DNA of 64,000 nt from Bacteroidota bacterium (lineage in GTDB: Bacteria; Bacteroidota; Ignavibacteria; UBA10030; UBA8401). Positions within the stretch are counted from its first letter, which is position 1. Each line of letters begins with the position of its first letter. The translations under genes and the position numbers were made by a program. Positions 48,975-58,404 of this stretch are shown one piece after another. The stretch is taken from positions 22,797 to 86,796 of the forward strand of contig JAQCAB010000003.1 in NCBI GenBank assembly GCA_027622375.1, in the 5' to 3' direction. The notes beneath the pieces were generated by a model, which did not search any database, had not been told where the DNA came from, and worked only from the letters and a program-made list of their open reading frames with translations.

Positions 48975-49810
48975 TGAGTGAAACTGATAATTACGAAGCA
49001 TCAGTAAATGAGTCAGTTAATTTTATAAAAAATATTACGAATGCTGAACCTAAAATTGCAATAATTTTAGGTTCAGGTTTAAATGATTTTGCTGAAACAC
49101 TTTCCGAGAAAACAATAATTGATTATAAAAATATTCCAAACTTCCCCATTCCAAAAGTAGCCGGGCATGGTGGAAAAATTTATTTTGGCAAAATTAATAA
49201 TGATAATAATTTCTCAGAATCTCTTTTGGTTTTTCAAGGAAGAAACCATTTTTATGAAAGTGGAGATCTCAAGAAAACAACTTATTCAATAGAGCTTGCT
49301 GCAAAATTAGGAATTAAATATTTAATTATTACAAACGCAGCCGGTGGGATCAATTCAAATTTTATTCCTGGTGATTTAATGCTAATTAATGATTTTATAA
49401 ATCTAACTTTTGAGAATCCACTTATTGGAAAAAGAAATCTTAAAAATATATCTAACAAATATTTTTCAAATGATTTAATTCAACTTGCAAATAATATAGC
49501 AATAAAAAATAAATTGAAATTACAAGAAGGTGTTTATTGCTGGACTAAAGGCCCAACATACGAAACTGCAGCTGAGATAAATATGATGAGAATTTTAGGC
49601 GCTGATGCTGTGGGTATGTCGACAATTCCTGAAGTAATTGTAGCAAAAAATTACGCAATGGAAATTTTAGGAATATCTTGTATTACAAATTTAGCGACTG
49701 GTAGTTCAACAACTAAGCTTGATCACAAAGAAGTTACATTTGTTGCGAATCAAGTCAAAGAAAAATTTTCTTTATTGATGAAAAATATACTTCTTTCGAT
49801 AAAAATTTAA
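48974..49810 (+). CDS. punA: Purine nucleoside phosphorylase (trimeric type)
   Basis: ILGSGL, GR.HFYE, TNAAGG, GPTYET.AE, GADAVGMST.PE. Confidence 0.93.
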   Translation: MSETDNYEASVNESVNFIKNITNAEPKIAIILGSGLNDFAETLSEKTIIDYKNIPNFPIPKVAGHGGKIYFGKINNDNNFSESLLVFQGRNHFYESGDLKKTTYSIELAAKLGIKYLIITNAAGGINSNFIPGDLMLINDFINLTFENPLIGKRNLKNISNKYFSNDLIQLANNIAIKNKLKLQEGVYCWTKGPTYETAAEINMMRILGADAVGMSTIPEVIVAKNYAMEILGISCITNLATGSSTTKLDHKEVTFVANQVKEKFSLLMKNILLSIKI

Positions 49811-50421
49811 TATCTACTTTTTGTTAGCTTTTCAATATCTTTAACAAGTCTATTCATTTCAGAAATATCTTCAGAATCATAATAACCGCGGATATAAAAT
49901 CTTTTATCAATCAAAACAAATTTTGAGCTGTGAACAATTGGTTCTTCTTGACTTAAACTGCCTTCACTTACAGGCATGTTAAATCCATTTTTTATTAATG
50001 AATACATTTTCAATTTTTGTCCAGTCAAAAAAAGCCATTGATTTTTTGGTGCTTCAAATGCTTCAGCGTATTTAGTAAGTTCCTCAATATTATCAGTTTC
50101 GGGATCTACAGAAAAAGAAACCAATCTGACTTTGGATGTATCAATATTTAAACTTAACTCCTTCATTGTCATCGTCATTGTTGGGCATATTCCAGCACAA
50201 CTTGTAAAAATGAAATCAGCAACCCAAACTTTATTTCTAAAATTATCAAGTGTAATTTCTTTTCCACTTCTTTCAGTTAATCTAAAATTTGGAAGTAAGC
50301 CATATTTTGGAAGTTTTGGTGACAGATTTTGAAGCCAATAAAAACCAATAAAAGAAATAATTGAAAATAGAATAAAACCCAGCAATCCATACATAGAATA
50401 TTTTTGAAATTTAGTTTTCAC
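49807..50421 (-). CDS. SCO family copper chaperone
   Basis: FIFTSCAGICP, SVDPETD, HSSKFVLID. Confidence 0.93.
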   Translation of the reverse strand: MKTKFQKYSMYGLLGFILFSIISFIGFYWLQNLSPKLPKYGLLPNFRLTERSGKEITLDNFRNKVWVADFIFTSCAGICPTMTMTMKELSLNIDTSKVRLVSFSVDPETDNIEELTKYAEAFEAPKNQWLFLTGQKLKMYSLIKNGFNMPVSEGSLSQEEPIVHSSKFVLIDKRFYIRGYYDSEDISEMNRLVKDIEKLTKSRY

Positions 50422-51173
50422 ATTTTTTTTCTATTTAAATTATAAATCGAAATAAGATAAAATATTATTGTCACTACTATTATGACGAGATAGGATAAAT
50501 ATAAATCGCTTAAATTAATTGAAGAATAGTTAATCCACACTGCTTCAATTAAATTAAAAGCATAATGCAATGGATTTAAAAAAATAATTAATTTTAATAT
50601 TTCAGGGGCAGAATTAAATGGAAATACACTTCCTGATAATAACCAAAGTGGAACTAAAATTAAATTCATTATTGCATGATAGCCTTGAGTTGTTTCAAAT
50701 ATTGTTGAAAGTGCAAAACCAATTGAAGTAAAAAATATTGAGAGTATAAATAAATTTAAAAAGCTGATTGCAAAGATATTTAAGTCAAAACTAAATCCGA
50801 TTAAAGGCAAAATTAGCATGCTTGCTAAAGCTTGCAAAAATGCAAGTAATGAACCACCAATAATTTTCCCTATTGCTATATTATTTAGAGATAATGGTGT
50901 TATAAATAAATATTTTAAATTTCCATTATGCCGATCATCAATTAATGAAATTGTTGAAAATATCGCAGCAAACATTAATTGCAACAAAATAGTTCCCGGA
51001 TAAAAATATTGTAAATAATTTATCGTTCCTGCTGTTGTAGAAAATAAAAATGAATCACCGAATCCACTTCCTAAAATTAGCCAAAGCAAAATTGGAGTTC
51101 CCGTTAATCCAATTACACGAGCTGGTTGGCGAATGAATTTTTTTAAATCATATAATGCAATAGTTTTCCACAT
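50418..51173 (-). CDS. ABC-2 type transporter permease
   Basis: YLQYFYPG, LSGSVFP, NPL.Y; six TMs. Confidence 0.88.
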   Translation of the reverse strand: MWKTIALYDLKKFIRQPARVIGLTGTPILLWLILGSGFGDSFLFSTTAGTINYLQYFYPGTILLQLMFAAIFSTISLIDDRHNGNLKYLFITPLSLNNIAIGKIIGGSLLAFLQALASMLILPLIGFSFDLNIFAISFLNLFILSIFFTSIGFALSTIFETTQGYHAIMNLILVPLWLLSGSVFPFNSAPEILKLIIFLNPLHYAFNLIEAVWINYSSINLSDLYLSYLVIIVVTIIFYLISIYNLNRKKM

Positions 51174-51174
51174 T

Positions 51175-52074
51175 TTATTTTATGGGATTCATAAAAGTTG
51201 AAAGATAAATATCTTCTATTTCAGGATTTTTAATTATTGCGTGCTTTAATATATTTGGACTATTCTTAATTAAATTTTCTATTGACTTAGAATTTAAACT
51301 TTTAAAAGAGATTAATGAATCAGCTTTATTCAATTGAATAAAATCACTATCAAGTAATGCAGATTTATATTTTTTATAAATATGCACAGGTAAATTAATC
51401 AGTTTATAAGAAAGCATATTTTTGAATTTGCTTAAAGTGTTTTTAAAAACTATTTCTCCTTTTTTAATAATTACAATGTTTTTTGCATAATCTGCTTCAT
51501 TTAAATTATGAGTAGTAAATATTAGAGTAATTTTGTTTTTTCGAACTTCTTCATATAATATTTTCCAAATTTCATTTTTAGTTTCAACATCTATATTAAC
51601 AAATGGTTCATCATAGATTAGTAGTTTGGGATTATGTAATATTGATTTTATAACTTCCAATTTCCTAATTGCACCACCTGATAGTTTTTTTACTAATTTA
51701 TTTTTTTCAGTCTCTAACGAGAATATTTTTAAATAATAGTTTATCCTTGTTTCAGATTCTGATTTGGGAATAGAATAGAATTTTGAATGCAAAACTAAAT
51801 TTTCTAATACTGAAAGTGAGTTATCGCAAGTATTAGTTTGAAATATGGTTCCAATATTTTTTTTAAAGCTCGATTCCAAATTTTTATTTTCAAGTATTTC
51901 AATTTCACCTTTTTGTAATTTTAATAATCCTAATAAAATATTTAAAAGTGTAGTTTTGCCAGAACCATTTGAGCCAATTAAAACTGTAATCTCCCCTTCT
52001 GGAATATTTAAAGAAATATTTTTTAATATTTCCGAATTGTTATATGCGAATGAAAGATTTGATATTTTTATCAT
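51175..52074 (-). CDS. ABC transporter ATP-binding protein
   Basis: GSNGSGKTT, LSGG, LLIYDEP, TTH. Confidence 0.92.
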   Translation of the reverse strand: MIKISNLSFAYNNSEILKNISLNIPEGEITVLIGSNGSGKTTLLNILLGLLKLQKGEIEILENKNLESSFKKNIGTIFQTNTCDNSLSVLENLVLHSKFYSIPKSESETRINYYLKIFSLETEKNKLVKKLSGGAIRKLEVIKSILHNPKLLIYDEPFVNIDVETKNEIWKILYEEVRKNKITLIFTTHNLNEADYAKNIVIIKKGEIVFKNTLSKFKNMLSYKLINLPVHIYKKYKSALLDSDFIQLNKADSLISFKSLNSKSIENLIKNSPNILKHAIIKNPEIEDIYLSTFMNPIK

Positions 52075-52075
52075 C

Positions 52076-52966
52076 TCAGATTTTCCAAATGGCTAAAAAT
52101 AAAAAGAGTAATGGTAAATAAATTAATGTTGCATAAAATAAATGTCGAGCACTTCTATTAATTTTTACAACTTCTTCATCCCCCTTATTTAAAAGAGAAA
52201 AAGAAAATCTAACACCATAAAAAATAAATATTATTCCAACAACAATCATTGAATAAAAATATTCAATACTTGCTAACTCAACTACAGCTGGTAAAAGACT
52301 AATTGGAAATATTAATAACACATTAAATAATACCTGAAGACTGAGCGAACTTCCTTTTTGATCTGTAACCGGCAATATTTTAAAATTTGCGCGTTCATAA
52401 TCTTTTCGGTACATCCAACCTAAAGAATAAAAATGTGGTATCTGCCATAAAAATAAAATTGCAAATAATATCCAAGTTTCTGCATCAATTGAATTTGTAA
52501 CTGCTGTCCATCCAATTACTGGAGGCAACGCACCTGGAATTGCACCAATAATTGTTGAAAAAACTGACAACCTTTTTATTGGTGTATAAAAAACTACATA
52601 ACTAATAATTGTAAATATTCCGAATATAAATGCCAAGTTTGATAAACTATAATATGAAATTAATACACCACTAATTCCGAGTACAAATGCATAAATCCAT
52701 GCTACTTTTTTTGAAATTCTATTTTTTACAAGTGGACGATTTTCTGTTCGCTTCATTAGTGAGTCTAAATTTATTTCCAAAAGTTGATTTAAAATTGCAG
52801 CAGATCCACCAAGTAAAAAAGTTGCCAAAGTTACATTTAATAAAATGGGATAAATATTTATAAATAATTCATTAGTTGGAATTGCGAGATACGCGCTCAT
52901 TGTTGCTGTAAAAACCGAAAGTAAAGTTAATTCAGGTTTTAAAATTATCCAGTAGTCTTTTATCAT
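52076..52966 (-). CDS. ctaB: Heme O synthase (protoheme IX farnesyltransferase)
   Basis: N...E...D..MKRT.NRPL, GAIPGALPP.IGW, WQIPHF, DY.RA. Confidence 0.95.
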   Translation of the reverse strand: MIKDYWIILKPELTLLSVFTATMSAYLAIPTNELFINIYPILLNVTLATFLLGGSAAILNQLLEINLDSLMKRTENRPLVKNRISKKVAWIYAFVLGISGVLISYYSLSNLAFIFGIFTIISYVVFYTPIKRLSVFSTIIGAIPGALPPVIGWTAVTNSIDAETWILFAILFLWQIPHFYSLGWMYRKDYERANFKILPVTDQKGSSLSLQVLFNVLLIFPISLLPAVVELASIEYFYSMIVVGIIFIFYGVRFSFSLLNKGDEEVVKINRSARHLFYATLIYLPLLFLFLAIWKI

Positions 52967-52981
52967 TTTAATAATTTAAAG

Positions 52982-54001
52982 TTACAAACTTAACTTTGAG
53001 TTTTGTACAAATTTAATTCTAAACAAAATGAGTGTAATCGACCAAACAATTCCTAAAATTGTTGCACCGATTACAACATGTGATGTTGTGATCAAAACAG
53101 ATTTGCGTGATAATATTGTAAATATACCGAGAGCAACTTGTGAGATAATTAAGAAAATTAGAATCAATTTTAATTTTGTAAATATTTTTGGAAAATTCTT
53201 ATGTGAATATTTTTTTAGTTTATAGACTAAAATTAAAATACCTATAGCAACAACATAAGCCCACGATCTATGTAGCATGTTATAAATAATTTGATTTTTT
53301 GTTATTTGGCCATCTGCAAATATTCTAAAATTATTTTCGAATAAATAATTGTTATAACTTTCTAAATTTTTATTTTCTAAAGATGGAATAATTTGTCCAT
53401 ATGCTAATGGAAAATCTGGAATTGCTAATCCAGATTCAGTATGCCGCATCCAAGCACCAAAAATGAGTTGCAATAAAATTATTAAAAATACAGTTAATGA
53501 TAACTTTGTTATATGGTTAATATTTAAATTTTCAATTTTATTTTCTGAAACATTGTGCCACCATTTTGTTTGAACTACAAAATTTGTAATCACTAAACAA
53601 AAAAATAATTGTGCGAGTGTTGCATGAAATGTTGAAATTAAATCCGGTAATAAAAATAAAACAGTTAATCCACCTAAAAGACCTTGAAAACAAACAACTA
53701 AAAGCAAATACAAAGAAAGTTTTTTAACCCATTTTCTTTTATCAAATTTGTGAGTTAAAAAAACTAAAATAATTATAAAAAAACCGACACTACTCGCTAC
53801 TAAACGATGTAAATGTTCATAATAAATTCCACCAACCCATTTGCTTATTGGGAAAGTAAACATATTATATCCAAAAGTATTTGGCCAATCTGGAACAGCA
53901 AGTCCACTTTGTGTGCTTGTAACTAATGCTCCAGCACAAATAAGAATTAAAACAGATACAAGTAAAAAAATACTGTACCTGTAAAGCAGGTTGTTAAACA
54001 T
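52982..54001 (-). CDS. ctaA: Heme A synthase (COX15/CtaA)
   Basis: GALVTS..SGLAVPDWP, EHLHR, QGLLGG.TV, second HR motif. Confidence 0.92.
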   Translation of the reverse strand: MFNNLLYRYSIFLLVSVLILICAGALVTSTQSGLAVPDWPNTFGYNMFTFPISKWVGGIYYEHLHRLVASSVGFFIIILVFLTHKFDKRKWVKKLSLYLLLVVCFQGLLGGLTVLFLLPDLISTFHATLAQLFFCLVITNFVVQTKWWHNVSENKIENLNINHITKLSLTVFLIILLQLIFGAWMRHTESGLAIPDFPLAYGQIIPSLENKNLESYNNYLFENNFRIFADGQITKNQIIYNMLHRSWAYVVAIGILILVYKLKKYSHKNFPKIFTKLKLILIFLIISQVALGIFTILSRKSVLITTSHVVIGATILGIVWSITLILFRIKFVQNSKLSL

Positions 54002-54010
54002 CAAAAAGTT

Positions 54011-55297
54011 TTATTCGACAGGATTTAATTCTGCTTCACGCTCAGCCATCCACAAATTATATTCATCTTCGGTTTGGATATTTACATAACCACGCATTCT
54101 GTAATGACCTAAACCGCAAAGTTGAGCGCATGCAATTTCTGTTGGAGTTGCTAGAGCAATTGAAATTAAATTTATATTTGAAGATTTTAATTGTTCCAAA
54201 TTTAAATCAGTTACAGTTGTACCTTTTGAAATTATTACGCCGTCACTCAAATTGTAATCTTCCCAAAAAATAAATTGATCCAATCTTGCTTTATGTCGTG
54301 CTTGAACTTTTGTGATATTATTTTGCAGTAACATTGAAACCATATCATCAATTAAAGAACTTCCCTTAGGTAAAATAATATTTCCTGACACATCTTTATA
54401 ATCTACAATTGTTAATAAAGTTTGAAGTGTATTATCAATTTTTCTTGCTTTAACTGTAGAAACATTATTTGAAATTAAAGCTGTAACATTATCATTATCT
54501 AAAATCATTCCACTGTAAAGTAAATCAACTCCATCTTTACTTACATTTTCCATTAAGATATAATTTTTATAATTTTTTCCTTGAGATATTTTTAAATCAA
54601 CAACTTCTGGCAAATTAATATTTTTTTCAATTGGCATATTTGTAAGGTCAAATGTTTGCACAGTTTGTTCTTGGATTTCTTTTGTAGTCTTTGTTGCTTT
54701 AAACCAAACTGGAATTATTGTACCTGGAATTGCATCATGCTTAACTCTTAAAACAGGAAGTGCAAACCCGTGAATTACATCCTTTGAGCTTAAATAAACA
54801 ATTATTGGTTTGTTGATTGGTATATTTAATTGATTGTTTGTAATTATATCATCCTTTGCTGATTCATCATTTCTATCAATTCCGAGTGGATTATCAGGTG
54901 TTACGAGCGTTATATCAGTTTTACCAAATTCACCATCTTTTCCTGGATAGTGAATATTCCATGCGAATTGTTCAGCAACAACTCTCACAATTAATGATTC
55001 ATCTTTTTTAGGAAACCCAACAACTCTATCAGCCCAAAGTGGAATTGCAAAACCGATTAAAAGAATTGCTTCAAATACAACCATTCCAACTTCAAGCCAA
55101 GTTGATGTTTTACTTGTGACGCCAGTATAACTTGCAATTGTATTTTTTGAACTTCTAAATTTATAAAGTGTATATGCAAAAAATAATCCCCAACCAAAAG
55201 TTAAAATAAACATAACCCAATGGATTAATGAAATCATTTCATCTATTTGAAGTCCATGCGCTGAAGCGTCTAAAGGTAAATTTAAAAATTCTCTCAT
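54011..55297 (-). CDS. ctaC: Cytochrome c oxidase subunit II with large internal insertion
   Basis: Two TMs, QFAW, DVIH, KHDAIPG, CAQLCGLGHYRM CuA motif. Confidence 0.92.
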   Translation of the reverse strand: MREFLNLPLDASAHGLQIDEMISLIHWVMFILTFGWGLFFAYTLYKFRSSKNTIASYTGVTSKTSTWLEVGMVVFEAILLIGFAIPLWADRVVGFPKKDESLIVRVVAEQFAWNIHYPGKDGEFGKTDITLVTPDNPLGIDRNDESAKDDIITNNQLNIPINKPIIVYLSSKDVIHGFALPVLRVKHDAIPGTIIPVWFKATKTTKEIQEQTVQTFDLTNMPIEKNINLPEVVDLKISQGKNYKNYILMENVSKDGVDLLYSGMILDNDNVTALISNNVSTVKARKIDNTLQTLLTIVDYKDVSGNIILPKGSSLIDDMVSMLLQNNITKVQARHKARLDQFIFWEDYNLSDGVIISKGTTVTDLNLEQLKSSNINLISIALATPTEIACAQLCGLGHYRMRGYVNIQTEDEYNLWMAEREAELNPVE

Positions 55298-55303
55298 AAT
55301 TTG

Positions 55304-55543
55304 TTAATTGTTTAAAATTTTGGATTTCAGTTTCTTAATTCTTGATCGAATAATAAAAATAAAACTAAGTATTCCACCTAAAACAAAACTTGTAAAACCA
55401 AGTAAAGATAAAATACTTAAACTTAATGCATTTGTAGATTGAGTTGGTTCAACATTATTTATACAAGTTGAGCATGCATAAATAATTGATTGTGAAAATA
55501 AAAATAAAAATAAAATTTTAATTGTTTTCTCAAATAACTTCAT
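55304..55543 (-). CDS. Small exported/membrane protein with N-terminal CxxC
   Basis: Signal-like N-terminus, ACSTC, one TM; ATGA-coupled to the upstream gene. Confidence 0.7.
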   Translation of the reverse strand: MKLFEKTIKILFLFLFSQSIIYACSTCINNVEPTQSTNALSLSILSLLGFTSFVLGGILSFIFIIRSRIKKLKSKILNN

Positions 55544-55749
55544 GACCAAACATCAATTTTTTTAGCTTTTTTTAAGAAATATCTAACGTATACAATAAGT
55601 GAGGGAATCATTAAGAATCCAATTAGTCCAATAATTAAATTTGTAAAATCAGAAGTTTGGAGAAATGAATTTAATCCCCAATAAGTAAGTCCAATACTTA
55701 ATAATGATGATATAATTATAAAAATTACATGAAATGCTTTTAGTGACAT
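55540..55749 (-). CDS. Small two-TM protein in the oxidase cluster
   Basis: MSLKAFHVIFI, two hydrophobic helices, coupled to neighbours. Confidence 0.7.
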   Translation of the reverse strand: MSLKAFHVIFIIISSLLSIGLTYWGLNSFLQTSDFTNLIIGLIGFLMIPSLIVYVRYFLKKAKKIDVWS

Positions 55750-55750
55750 A

Positions 55751-56050
55751 TTAATATTTTATTGGATCAAGAACTGACATTAATGGAATAAAAATTAAAA
55801 AAATAAAAAATATTGCTGTCAATACTAAAGTCCAAAATATTATTTTTTTCTCAGCTATTAAGTGCATAAAGTAACCAGCAACAAGCGAACTTTTAATTGA
55901 TGCAATTATTAATGCAAGTGTAATTCCCAACCCAACAGTTGTTGGGATATATGAGGCAAAAACTGTTACTCCAGTGAGAATCATTAAAGAAATATAAACA
56001 GTTAAATAAATTTTTAAATGTTTTTTTGTATCAACATGATTTGAACTCAT
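55751..56050 (-). CDS. ctaF: Cytochrome c oxidase subunit IV
   Basis: L..LT..TV, IASIKSSLVAGYFMHL. Confidence 0.9.
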   Translation of the reverse strand: MSSNHVDTKKHLKIYLTVYISLMILTGVTVFASYIPTTVGLGITLALIIASIKSSLVAGYFMHLIAEKKIIFWTLVLTAIFFIFLIFIPLMSVLDPIKY

Positions 56051-56060
56051 TTTTTTACTC

Positions 56061-56660
56061 CTATAAAAGATATAAAATTGGAAATAAGAAAATCCAAACT
56101 AAATCAACAAAGTGCCAGTATAAACCTGCGGTTTCTACTCTATTTGTAAATCTTTCTGGATATGATTGCCACATTTTTGCACCAGGAAGTAACAAGTAAA
56201 TATTCATTATTAATCCACCAATTACATGAAGTACATGCAAGCCAGTCATCAGAAAATATAATCCGAGAAAAGTATTTGTTGATGGATATAAATGATGTTC
56301 AAATTTTGCGCTATACTCAAAATATTTTACAACTAAAAATGCAAGCCCAAGTAAAATTGTAACTAACATATATTTTTTATACGCACTAAAATTTTTTTCA
56401 ACTAAAGATAACCAACTCATCACCATTGTAATACTTGATGTAATTAAAAATGCAGTGTTAAGTGTTGCCATCGGAATATTTAAAATAGAACTTCCCTCTG
56501 GCCAACTTGCTGCGCCAATTCTTAAAAAAACATAGCTCGAAAATAATGCGCCAAATAACATTACTTCTGAAGTTAAGAATAACCAAATTCCTAACTTTGC
56601 ATTATTTACACCAGTATCTTCTCTTACTTCTATTGTATATGGAATAATTTCTAAACTCAT
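56061..56660 (-). CDS. ctaE: Cytochrome c oxidase subunit III (short, five-TM type)
   Basis: WLFLTSEVMLF, MTGLHVLHV, LYWHFVDLVWIFLF. Confidence 0.95.
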   Translation of the reverse strand: MSLEIIPYTIEVREDTGVNNAKLGIWLFLTSEVMLFGALFSSYVFLRIGAASWPEGSSILNIPMATLNTAFLITSSITMVMSWLSLVEKNFSAYKKYMLVTILLGLAFLVVKYFEYSAKFEHHLYPSTNTFLGLYFLMTGLHVLHVIGGLIMNIYLLLPGAKMWQSYPERFTNRVETAGLYWHFVDLVWIFLFPILYLL

Positions 56661-56662
56661 TT

Positions 56663-58393
56663 TTATACCTTTTTATTTTGTGGTAAATAATCTGTTGAAT
56701 GTCCTGGAACTGAATATTCATATGGACCATTATAAACTACTGGAGGTGTTGCAAAATTTCCATGTGGTGGTGGAGTTGGTGTTGCCCATTCTAAAGTTGT
56801 AGATTGCCATGGATTATCATCTGCTTTCTTCCCTTTCCAAATACTCCAGAATAAATTAAAAATAAATATCAATTGGAACAAAGCAAGTACCCATGCAAAA
56901 ATTGACATTGTTTCGTTATAATGATAAACACCTTGTGCGTGTGCATATTGTTGACCACCATCCCACAATCTTCTTGAAACTCCAGCCAATCCAACAATTA
57001 ACATTGGAAAGAATATTCCATTCATACAAACTAAAGAACCAAAGAAATGTATTTTTCCTAATTTATCGTTCATCATTCTTCCGGTAATTTTTGGATACCA
57101 GAAATAAATACCAGCAAAAAGTGCAAAAATTGTTCCGGGAGCAACTACGTAATGGAAGTGACCGATTACATAATATGTGTCATGCAAAGCGATATCAGTT
57201 GCATTTAATCCAAGTGGAAGCCCTGTTAATCCACCAATACCGAACATTGGCAAAAATGCTAATGCAAATAACATTGGTGTATTAAATCTTATTTTTCCAC
57301 CCCATAAAGTGATAAATAACGTAGTTAAAATTACAATTGATGGAACTGAAATTATCAATGTTGTCGTTTGGAAGAATGTACTTATTGTGGTTCCCATTCC
57401 TGTCATAAACATATGATGTGCCCAAACAGCAAATGACATAAATCCTAAAAATAAAACTGAATAAACAAGTGTTCGATAACCCCAAATTGGTTTACGAGAA
57501 TTAACTGCAATTATTTCTGTTACGATACCAATTGCAGGTAAAATTAAAACATAAACTTCAGGATGAGCTAAAAACCAAAATAAATGTTGCCACAAAACTG
57601 GAGAGCCACCACCAGTATTACTTAAAATTTCACCAGATACAACTAATCCACTTGGAATAAAGAAACTTGTTCCTGCAAGACGATCCATAAGTTGCATGAA
57701 TGCAGCTGCTTCAAGTGGTGGAAATGCAAGTAATAATAAAAATCCTGTAACAAGTTGAGCCCAAACTAAAAATGGTAATTTAAAAAATGTTAAACCTGGA
57801 GCTCTAAGTTGAATTATTGTTACAATAATATTAATCGCACCTAAAAGTGAAGATGTAATAATTAAAAACATTCCGAACAACCAATATGTTTGTCCAACTG
57901 TTGCTACAACTGCAAGTGGAGCATAAGATGTCCAACCTGAAGATGCTGCACCACCTGGTAAAAAGAAACTTGCAAGCATTACAACACCACCTGCAAAAAA
58001 AACCCAATAACTTGCCATATTTAATTTTGGAAAAGCCATATCAGGTGCACCAACTTGCAATGGAACTAAATAATTTGCAAATGCTCCAACCGCTAATGGA
58101 ACGATGCCTAAAAACACCATAATAGTACCATGCATTGCTCCAAGTTGATTGTAGAATTCTGGTAACATAATTCCACCTGGCGCGTTTGAATCTCCAAACC
58201 AATCACCAATAAATGGAATTGGTTGTTCAGGATATGCAAGCTGCCATCGCATCAACATTACTAAACAAAATCCAAAAAAGAGAAATACTAATGATGTGAG
58301 CCCATATTGAATACCAATAATTTTATGATCGGTCGAAAAAATATATTTTCGCCAAAATGGAAGTTCGTGTGTTGTATGCTTTTCTGTGCTCAT
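56663..58393 (-). CDS. ctaD: Cytochrome c oxidase subunit I, A-family (HPEVY)
   Basis: MHG, DMAFPKLN, HPEVY, WAHH, HFHY, RR. Confidence 0.96.
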   Translation of the reverse strand: MSTEKHTTHELPFWRKYIFSTDHKIIGIQYGLTSLVFLFFGFCLVMLMRWQLAYPEQPIPFIGDWFGDSNAPGGIMLPEFYNQLGAMHGTIMVFLGIVPLAVGAFANYLVPLQVGAPDMAFPKLNMASYWVFFAGGVVMLASFFLPGGAASSGWTSYAPLAVVATVGQTYWLFGMFLIITSSLLGAINIIVTIIQLRAPGLTFFKLPFLVWAQLVTGFLLLLAFPPLEAAAFMQLMDRLAGTSFFIPSGLVVSGEILSNTGGGSPVLWQHLFWFLAHPEVYVLILPAIGIVTEIIAVNSRKPIWGYRTLVYSVLFLGFMSFAVWAHHMFMTGMGTTISTFFQTTTLIISVPSIVILTTLFITLWGGKIRFNTPMLFALAFLPMFGIGGLTGLPLGLNATDIALHDTYYVIGHFHYVVAPGTIFALFAGIYFWYPKITGRMMNDKLGKIHFFGSLVCMNGIFFPMLIVGLAGVSRRLWDGGQQYAHAQGVYHYNETMSIFAWVLALFQLIFIFNLFWSIWKGKKADDNPWQSTTLEWATPTPPPHGNFATPPVVYNGPYEYSVPGHSTDYLPQNKKV

Positions 58394-58404
58394 AAATCTT
58401 ATAT

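Noticed and set aside
54143-54685. Intein in oxidase subunit II
   Set aside because: No N-terminal Cys/Ser splice block, no His-Asn before a Cys/Ser/Thr, no LAGLIDADG motif; the insert is a tandem repeat.
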